Below, piece after piece: positions 51,908 through 61,900 of a stretch of DNA of 64,000 nucleotides. Below the pieces are notes generated by a model. It was not told the origin of the DNA, searched no databases, and saw only the letters and a program-made list of their open reading frames with translations. Made by a program: the position numbers and the translations under genes. Positions within the stretch are counted from its first letter, which is position 1, and every line of letters starts with the position of its first letter. This stretch comes from Lepidodermella squamata (taxonomy: Eukaryota > Animalia > Gastrotricha): the NCBI GenBank assembly GCA_047495785.1, contig JBLDXI010000020.1, positions 3,038,001 through 3,102,000 of the forward strand. The letters run 5' to 3'.

Positions 51908-52569
51908 CTGAAATCATAAAAATGTACATATTGGATAAAATTCAATATAAAAATCGAAAATAATTTTTGATATTCAATTGATCGGTGTGACAAGTGAATG
52001 ACCAAAAAATGACTAAATAACAGTTTTATTTGAACGAAACGTGTGATCAGGAAATGCTTTAGAAAACAAATTGTCCCGGCTAATTCCGAATTCAAAGTAC
52101 TCAAACAACAGCTTCAAACCGATTTCACAGCCGAAAGTGTGGCGAAAAAGGCGAAGCAGGCTTGGAAGCAATATGATCCCACTAATTTTAACTACGAAAA
52201 ATTATTGCCTCAATAATGGCTGTGTTTTATTCATCTGACCATGATTTTGTCCTGAAAATTGATCATTTTGGAAATTTGCGTGCAACTCAGGAAAATTTAT
52301 TTTTTCATCAAACGAGGAATTCGACGCTTTTCTTTTTCTTTCGCTTTACAGTAGAAATTATTCCTTCAAAATGTTGTCCGAATGTGTCCTGGGATGTCAA
52401 GTTCCAGTTATACTCTTTCTCCATTTACATTTGCCGATAAATTGACGAAAATTTTTGGAGCTTGTTCTCAAGCTACCTTGAGGTTATTGATACAGCGTGT
52501 CCCAGAATTTGGCAGATTTTGTGGGGAACTAATGAAAATATACCTACTGAGACATTATTCCAGCTTTTA

Positions 52570-52665
52570 GGAATAAAAAATTCACCGGAGAAAAGCCGGA
52601 AACCCCGACGGTAATTATCGGTATTTTACTCGCTCGGGCCAAATTTCTCCGGAATTTTTTATTCC
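52570..52665. repeat. Short inverted repeat / MITE-like hairpin
   Basis: GGAATAAAAAATTC(A)CCGGAGAAA pairs with TTTCTCCGGAATTTTTTATTCC across a spacer of ~50 nt. Confidence 0.6.
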
Positions 52666-53463
52666 ATTAACACGTGACATAGGTACTTGATTACCAATCT
52701 CGCGATTTTTTGAAGTTTTTTGAACTTTGTCTCTAATTTTACAGTTTCTGAATCATTGTCATTGTCCGTGTGTTTTCTTTGATGCGTTACTTATGGGACA
52801 CGCTTTAAAAGGTTCTGCCCTTCACTATAAAAAATTTCGTAATTTAACCGCTAATTAACCGACTTTTACTCGGGCTCCTATTTAGCCTAAAAACTTAAAT
52901 TCAAGCTTCGATTAACCGAAAAATGAAATTCGAGGCGATAATTGCCAAATTTTGGGTAAAAAGTATAAAAAGACCGATTTTCTTAGTCTATCTATTTTTG
53001 AACACCCTAAACTCCATTTTACTTGCCCCATGTTACTCTGTATTGTATGGATAAATAACCCCCGAATTATTCTAAATAGTTTAGCGACTCGAAATGGTTT
53101 CGTATTTTATTCTAAATAACCGGCCGTGCTAACTGCCAAAAGCTAAATAGCGAACTTTCTTTAATGTTTATTTCGGCCCTGGCTCTTATTTCGGCATTTA
53201 CGGTAAACTCTTCATCGAGAGAGATTTGATAAGAGCCATTCAATCACTCTGTTAACACGGCCTGGTCCGGGACCGGAGCGAAAAATGCAACAAGAAAGTC
53301 TACACGGCGGCTGGGATGAGTAAAATGGGATAAGACACATGAGACGTAGAAACTAAAATATAACATATTTTAGTCTGCGATTGAAAGCGCGCGTCTGCAG
53401 AAATATCTGCGATTGAATATTAAATTTTCTGAGATTTGTTAAACATATTATTGAACCGAACAA

Positions 53464-54549
53464 ATGGCGAGCACGACTCTGCAAGCTAAACTGCTTAAAA
53501 TGGCTGAAGACGAGGCAATTTGTGACTTGGTTAAGAAACTCGGATTTTCAGTGGCTTCGATGCTGAGTGACCTGATCTCCATCGAATCTGAAAGGAAAGA
53601 CGAAATAATCACGGTAACCAAACAATATCAACAATTTGTTGACGAAGTCAAAGAAGATACTGCTTATGCGGCTGATAACGTGATCGACTCTGTCAAACAA
53701 GCGTCCTATGAGATCAGGAATGGCGGATGCCTGATCACCGCCGTCCACGAGGCCCTTTCCCAACGGGACAGGGCGAACAACATCGTTATCTCCGGACTGG
53801 AAGCGCCAGACGGTAATACCGTCATAGCCTTATCTGACCTGGTTGCAAATCTCGGCATCCTGAACTTCGACGTCAAAGAACGCATAATACGAACGAACCT
53901 GATCACGAGGGAAAACCAAGATCCTAAAATTATTGTGCAGCTGAAATATGCTTCCGACAAACGTCTGTTTCTCGAAAAAGCCCCCCAGCTTCGCAAAAAA
54001 GCTGGGTGGGAGTCTGTGTTCATTAGCAAGGACCTGACCCCTGCTCAAGCTAAGATCGAGTTTGAAAAACGGGAGCACAACAGACGCCAACGATCGACTG
54101 GTGCGCCGGTAAAGAAAAACCTGGTACCTCCTCAGCCGACATCACCTTAGGAACCTGGCGCCCTGTCCGTTGCTGACAAGAAAAACAGTAATGAAACTAT
54201 TAACTTCCCATGCTACTTAATCAATACTAGACAGCTAACAAATCCGTATAAAGTTTCTCTGTTATTACTCAATCTCCTAACTACAAATGTAATCTTTGCC
54301 TTTATAACTGAAACGTGGTACAATGATGATTTTAATTCTTCCTTCTTCGAAAATAATGGATATAAGGTCCATAGAGCTGACAGAACAGACCGAGAAAGTG
54401 GTGGATCCATGCTACTCATTCACAAATCTTACGAATCCACCCTTGTAGCACAAACCTCGATGGGGGCGCGACTCTGGGAGTTCCGAAGGAACGCCAGTTC
54501 CTTTACACGTGTTTTACACATACGCCGTAGATTACCACGAACGAAGTGA
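53464..54549 (+). mobile_element. CR1/L2-group LINE: intact ORF1 (53464-54150) and 5' part of the APE endonuclease, truncated
   Basis: ORF1 has RANNIVISGL, PKIIVQL and VFISKDLTPAQ. The same frame continues with LINTRQL, ITETWY and YKVHRADR...GGSMLLI. No RT domain in the window. Confidence 0.85.
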
Positions 54550-55286
54550 GATTTCATCCCAACAGGGGGGCCCGAGAACGCGTTGGTTAACAGGACATTC
54601 TCCGATGAAGCCGCCCGATTTATGGTAGTATCCTGGACCCCTCAGGACCTCCCAGAAACTTTTTCAGCTCTAACGGACCTTCCGTTGATTTTCTAGAAAT
54701 TAGGACGGTTTTTTCCTATTTTACCGTATTTTTTGGTCACGTGACCCGGAATGGGTAGTATATGAGGGGACAGTAGGAGGATATGATAAGGACACCAAAA
54801 AACTAACCACGCTAACCAGAGTATCCAAGCCAGCTGACAGGCTGGCCCCTCGCCCCTGGGGGAGAGGGGCCTACAATAAATCAACAATGCTAGCTGGCGA
54901 CCAAAGAGCAAACGACGAAAAGGCAATATACGTATAAGTCAAGGTCAATTGAACAATTCTGCGGCGAATAAATTGTGCATTTTCCATATACAACAATAGG
55001 TTTACATGTAATCGACAACGGAGAATCCGAATATGACGTTCATTTTGTTATGAAGCAATTATAACCCAATGATAGCCCCTCCAACTAATTTTTCTGTTCA
55101 CTGCTATGGAGTTGGCATGGTTATATTTTTTATTAAATAACATAATGCAGTTCAAGTTTCAGGGCTCGAAGTTTTAAAGCACATTTTTAAGTGAGCGGTT
55201 CAATAACGCACTGTCTTATTTCCATATTCATATGCATGCGCAGAAACAAAAAAAAATAATAATAACAATAAAAAATTAAAAGAAAA

Positions 55287-55363
55287 TGTGTCGCGGCCGG
55301 GACTCGAACCCTCCATTAACTGCATTTCACAACGTTACACTGAAACCACTCGGCCACAACACA
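55287..55363 (-). ncRNA. tRNA-like Pol III cassette (A box, B box, T-run); not a canonical tRNA
   Basis: Minus strand: TGGCCGAGTGG (A box), GGTTCGAGTCC (B box), ends pairing as TGTGTTGTGGCCG/CGGCCGCGACACA, followed by TTTT. The anticodon stem does not pair. Confidence 0.6.
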
Positions 55364-56084
55364 TCTGACATATCCATCGCAAATTAAATTTCAATTAAAT
55401 ATTCAACGAAATTATCAAAACAGTTTCCAGCGCCTTCCGGGAATCGGACGCGTCTCTATATAATTTATTCACTATATAATTCGCTACGCAGTGGTTCGGA
55501 AGGCAGTGGTTCGATTGCTGCTCACATCACATTTTTCCTTCTCATTTTTTCTTCTTAAAATCAGATTTATTTCTGTTTAATTTTTTTGCAGAGTGAGCAA
55601 TAAAAAATAAACGTTTACCATTCACGTGAATCTTCATGAGTACAAAGTGCATGCCTGTCATATGGCCGACACGCGATTCAGCATCAGCTGTTTCACGGCG
55701 CAGCGGCGGCAACAGCAAGCAGACGGTTCGATCCGGTATTCAACCATCATTCACAACGATTTATTTCTCTTCAAAACAACCTCTATTTCCCTAATCATTA
55801 GAATTACTTATGCTGCCAGCTCCTATCAATCTATCTTCCGCTCGAATCGATAACATTGTGACAATGTTGCTCTCTCAGGTTTGCTAGTATATTATTCCCA
55901 GTTCATATCACCATTCCCACTATAATTACAGCTACTGGATGAAATGGCGATTTCAACACTGTTGTCCACTTTGGTTTTCCATGGTCACTACTCCCTACCA
56001 GAAAGCGGTGAGTACATTATTTTCCTCATTCATTTTTTTTACTATTGTAAAATTTATTGATTTTTTCATTCATTAACACGTTTT

Positions 56085-58217
56085 TTTTGCTCCCCAATAT
56101 TTTCTTTCGTCGTTATGCTCCCGTATTCGACGTTTTCGCCATCAGCAACGTCGATTCCACTAATTCATGTCATTTAATTTTACCCTGATTTACTTTTTTC
56201 AAGAATTTTTTCAAACTTTGAAATTCCAAACCAAGGTCGTAGGTTGGTGCCCGACCTCTCATTTTTTCGCCCTCAAATATTTTCTTTCATCGATATGCTC
56301 CCGTTCTCGACGTTTTCGCCATCAGCAACGTCGATTCCACTAATTCATGTCAATTAATTTTACCCTGATTTACTTTTTTCAAGAATTTTTTCAAACTTTG
56401 AAATTCCAAACCAAGGTCGTAGGTTGGTGCCCGACCTCTCATTTTTTCGCCCTCAAATATTTTCTTTCATCGATATGCTCCCGTTCTCGACGTTTTCGCC
56501 ATCAGCAACGTCGATTCCACTAATTCATGTCAATTAATTTTACCCTGATTTACTTTTTTCAAGAATTTTTTCAAACTTTGAAATTCCAAACCAAGGTCGT
56601 AGGTTGGTGCCCGACCTCTCATTTTTTCGCCCTCAAATATTTTCTTTCATCGATATGCTCCCGTTCTCGACGTTTTCGCCATCAGCAACGTCGATTCCAC
56701 TAATTCATGTCAATTAATTTTACCCTGATTTACTTTTTTCAAGAATTTTTTCAAACTTTGAAATTCCAAACCAAGGTCGTAGGTTGGTGCCCGACCTCTC
56801 ATTTTTTCGCCCTCAAATATTTTCTTTCATCGATATGCTCCCGTTCTCGACGTTTTCGCCATCAGCAACGTCGATTCCACTAATTCATGTCAATTAATTT
56901 TACCCTGATTTACTTTTTTCAAGAATTTTTTCAAACTTTGAAATTCCAAACCAAGGTCGTAGGTTGGTGCCCGACCTCTCATTTTTTCGCCCTCAAATAT
57001 TTTCTTTCATCGATATGCTCCCGTTCTCGACGTTTTCGCCATCAGCAACGTCGATTCCACTAATTCATGTCAATTAATTTTACCCTGATTTACTTTTTTC
57101 AAGAATTTTTTCTAACTTTGAAATTCCAAACCAAGGTCGTAGGTTGGTGCCCGACCTCTCATTTTTTCGCCCTCAAATATTTTCTTTCATCGATATGCTC
57201 CCGTTCTCGACGTTTTCGCCATCAGCAACGTCGATTCCACTAATTCATGTCAATTAATTTTACCCTGATTTACTTTTTTCAAGAATTTTTTCAAACTTTG
57301 AAATTCCAAACCAAGGTCGTAGGTTGGTGCCCGACCTCTCATTTTTTCGCCCTCAAATATTTTCTTTCATCGATATGCTCCCGTTCTCGACGTTTTCGCC
57401 ATCAGCAACGTCGATTCCACTAATTCATGTCAATTAATTTTACCCTGATTAACTTTTTTCAAGAATTTTTTCAAACTTTGAAATCCCAAACCAAGGTCGT
57501 AGGTTGGTGCCCGACCTCTCATTTTTTCGCCCTCAAATATTTTCTTTCATCGATATGCTCCCGTTCTCGACGTTTTCGCCATCAGCAACGTCGATTCCAC
57601 TAATTCATGTCAATTAATTTTACCCTGATTTACTTTTTTCAAGAATTTTTTCAAACTTTGAAATTCCAAACCAAGGTCGTAGGTTGGTGCCCGACCTCTC
57701 ATTTTTTCGCCCTCAAATATTTTCTTTCATCGATATGCTCCCGTTCTCGACGTTTTCGCCATCAGCAACGTCGATTCCACTAATTCATGTAAATTAATTC
57801 TACCCTGATTTACTTTTTTCAAGAATTTTTTCAAACTTTGAAATCCCAAACCAAGGTCGTAGGTTGGTGCCCGACCTCTCATTTTTTCGCCCTCAAATAT
57901 TTTCTTTCATCGATATGCTCCCGTTCTCGACGTTTTCGCCATCAGCAACGTCGATTCCACTAATTCATGTCAATTAATTTTACCCTGATTTACTTTTTTC
58001 AAGAATTTTTTCAAACTTTGAAATCCCAAACCAAGGTCGTAGGTTGGTGCCCGACCTCTCATTTTTTCGCCCTCAAATATTTTCTTTCATCGATATGCTC
58101 CCGTTCTCGAAGTTTTCGCCATCAGCAACGTCGATTCCACTAATTCATGTCAATTAATTTTACCCTGATTTACTTTTTTCAAGAATTTTTTCAAACTTTG
58201 AAATTCCAAACGAAGGT
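56085..58217. repeat. Tandem array of ~12 near-identical 180-bp units
   Basis: TAATTCATGT recurs at 56161, 56341 ... 58141 with an exact 180-nt period. Only scattered substitutions. Confidence 0.98.
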
Positions 58218-58918
58218 CATTTTTTTGAATTTTAGAATTTCGGAAATTTATATTAGCATTTCATTTTTTTTTATTTTTTCTCTTTTTTACCAGTTTGCGA
58301 ATCGAATGACCGATGTTGCACATGCTGTAATCAAATGGCTGAAAACGATTTCAAGACGAAGTGATTTGTGATTTTTCAAACGTGCTACTTCATTTGAACG
58401 TTGTTTACCAGCTTTGCTGTATGATGCTTTTTAAATTATATTGTTCCAAACCCCATTTTCGCTGACCCAGGCAGTAATAGGGTAGAGATGCCGTCTCAAT
58501 GCCCGGCTATGCAGTTAAATAGCCAACCGACGTTGGAATAGTCGGTATAAACTTCCACCGTCCCGGCTCAGACGGCGAAAACGACCACGTCTTGGTGAGA
58601 CGGTAAAAAAAACTCCGACAAGGCAAGGTCGGTAAAAAACTTCCAAAATGTCCGCAGGGCTGAGCGACCAGCGCCCTCACTGTGATTCGTCACAAATACT
58701 AAGCTGGAAGGGAACCTATGACGATCTGTCAGGCATCTTCGGATCCGAGGTTTCTCCCCGATATTTCAATTATTGATGTGCATTGGTAATTTCAATAAAA
58801 TATGTTTTTCATTTCAATATATTTTTTTTAATTGATGTTCTTCATTCCATTCGCATATGGTGTTATTTTTTATTTATCTAGTTTTATGATGACAATTTTG
58901 TGATTATGAACTGGAATC

Positions 58919-61900
58919 ATGGTGAAACCGCCTAATTGGAAGCCAAAATCGAAGGGATCGCGTAAGTGTTCCTTTTGCAAACGGAAAGGTGTTCGAATCT
59001 CAACCCACTGCGGACTACTCAATTGCTCTAAAGCTAAAGGGCAACACCATCCCAAGCCGTGCATTAAGGTTCAACCTCCACAGTCCGCTTCTCAGTCCAA
59101 TTGTATGTTTTCCTAATCAATCAGTTATATATGTTTCATCTGTTTTTACACAGCCACGTCGTGTTCGCATGTTGGCGAATCTTTATCGGTAGCTCCATCC
59201 TCACTCACTGTTCAGAATACGTCTCAGCAGTCGTTGATATCTCAAGGCTTGTTCTTGTTATTCATCCTCAAATTGTATAAATTTGCGATAAAATTTCCCC
59301 ATAGGTAGCGGCGCTGTTCTGACTGCTTCGGAGCAATTGTTGGATTCTCAAGGTCAGTAATTTTTATTTCTCAACTATAACTTGACATGTGGCTGTGCCG
59401 TTCCAGCTGTTCCGGCTACCCGGGAAGATCCGCTGCCACCTCCGGGTTAGTTGTTAGATTGAGATTTATTTCATGTCTTGAGCGAATACCACTAAGCTCT
59501 TTTAAGAATTATAAGAATTGAAGAGGTGTTAACATATGATTGTTATGTCATTTAGTCTTGTCAAATAATATTTTCAGGCGCTTCTTTGAACGAACGGCAG
59601 GAATCTAGCGCGCCTGCAACACGTCAGCCAGTAACTCAGCCATCTTGTCCAGTATGCGGCGCAAAAGGCAGGAAGTATCTGACCCACTGCGACAATGAGG
59701 AATGCCGGATTAGTGGCCGCGGGCATCACGCTAATCCCTGTTTCCAGTTGGAACGACCCGGGCTACAGGCCGGTGTAAATCTTGAGCAGCAACGTAAGTA
59801 TTATCCACCGGGTAACAACCTTTCATAAATAATGATTCATTTAGCTGTGGCGTCCTCTGGAGCTGTTGCTGCTACGTCACAACGGTCGCTGCCATCTATA
59901 GGTTAGTTATTTAATCAAGAATTGTGCTGCCTGGTGTTAACTAAAACTGCTGTTTGTTGCAGCTAGTGGTGGTTCTTCTAATGCACCTATTCTATGTGAC
60001 AACTGCAGAAGACGATCGGTGCCCTTTTTCGACATCGACATTGCTGTCGTGGAAGAGCCGGTATCTGGACGCAGCTATGGTGCTCTAGGACTAAGGAAAG
60101 TCTATGAAAACTGCTCGTTATGCCGTTGTTGCCGTCACTATTTGCGCAACGGCGATGCTCGTTTTCCCGCCGGATGGCCAGCCCTTGTTTATAGCCTTTT
60201 CTTCAAAGCAGCGAATAGGCACCTAGCAGAGGCCCTCTCTAACTACATATCGCCGCTCATGAAAATGATGTGGAGCGAGGTCGACGGCTCAAATGTTATG
60301 CGGGACTCGCAGCCGTGTTTCGTTGACAAGACACGTGATCTGGCTGATTTCATGGCCAATATCTACAAAGACGCAGGTATTCTATCAACCTACTAAATGA
60401 GTATACGAATGCAGTTTTTTTTTTAATTGCAGGAGGATTCAGTTACGCGCTAAACATGTACCCAGTGCCCGACGTGATATGTCCGCAAGGTTGCCTCGCT
60501 TTCATGGAGAAGTGCCAGCTAATCCCGTACCATCATTTGATCCAACATGTCACTGGCAGCAATTTCTTCGATTCCGACTTGCGCTGGTTCGAGTCAAGGA
60601 GACCCGACTGGCCGTGCAACCCAGTGCCTTTCCTCGCTTGGGATTTCGCTGCTGCAATGGTCATGGACGAGACAAAGGGCCTATGCATCCTTGCCTGCAT
60701 TGACCACAGCAAGCCGGACCTGTTTTCCATGTACCTGCATCTCCCTGCGAATCCCGAGTTCGACCGGTTCCACGATCCGCAGCAGACCGAAATCTATGCA
60801 CCCGTGCACGTGCAGCCCAATTTCGTCAGAGGCGGGCGAGTCGGTCAGTCGAACGCATCAGTGCCAGTGACAAAAACTCTGGGTGATCAATTAGGTGTCG
60901 GCAGCTTTACATTGCGTGGTGCTCACTCGGCAAATCGCAAGGCTTTGAGCATGTACGCCAGCGCCTTTAAGCCACACCTTTTGGCCTTGCGATATCGTCC
61001 TGAGATTCGCAACACCGCGATCAGCAGATTTGGCGAGGAACACGTGGCTCACGTTCTTGCTGATTTTGATCAGCATTGCCCAACTGCTGTCGTGAGAAAC
61101 CATGTCAAGGGTGGCACTTTCATCGAGCTAGCTGACTGTTACTTCACCTGGGCTATTCGCCGCAAAATCGCGACAGGTCAGTACATTTCATTCTTAATCT
61201 ACTACTATAGATTAGACTCAACAGAATTAGCACTGCATTAATTTTGCTGATAGTGATAGCCTTGTAATCGGGCCCTGCACTGAATTTTAGATGCGTTTTG
61301 TCCAATATAAAATTCTCCAATATAAATGGTCAAAGAACGGATGTAGCAACTGTAGTAGAGTATCGCGCGGGATAACCACTGCAAATTATTATGTAGTGTA
61401 CTTCGGGAGGATAAGATTAGGCCGATCGAACTGCTCCAAATTCTCGATATAATAAACAAATATAGAGATACTAAGATTCAAGCGCATTAACAATTCATCA
61501 TCGATTCCTACGAATTGTCTCATTTCGTCCTTCTTTATTTTAGGAAGTGATTCGTCGAAAAAAGGGAAAACACCTTCAGAAGCCGTGATCTTCAATCCGG
61601 TTCACCCGAACGATGATCATGGCTTAATCCCCTGGGCGTTCAAGTCGGGTCAAGGCGACAACCCTAGTCAGCTCCTGACACTGGTTGCCAACGTCGTTTC
61701 GTTGTGCCGCCCTGTGTACCGTGCGGCGTTGAGTCATCTAGTGCTTGGCAGTCCCGATTTAACACGCGTCGACATCGGTGACTTGCTCAGTCATACTGTT
61801 TCGCTGCCGCGCCCGAAAACCCCTCGTACTCTGAATTTGTCGCATCTGGCAAGGGACTTCTGGTCACTGACAGAACCCGAAAGTGATAGCGGATCTGACG

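Noticed and set aside
55287-55363. Functional tRNA-His gene
   Set aside because: The anticodon stem does not pair and the T-arm/acceptor spacing is wrong. Kept only as tRNA-like.
56085-58217. 180-bp array as a CRISPR array or coding repeat
   Set aside because: Units are identical along their full length with no unique spacers, no cas genes and no continuous ORF. The context is eukaryotic.
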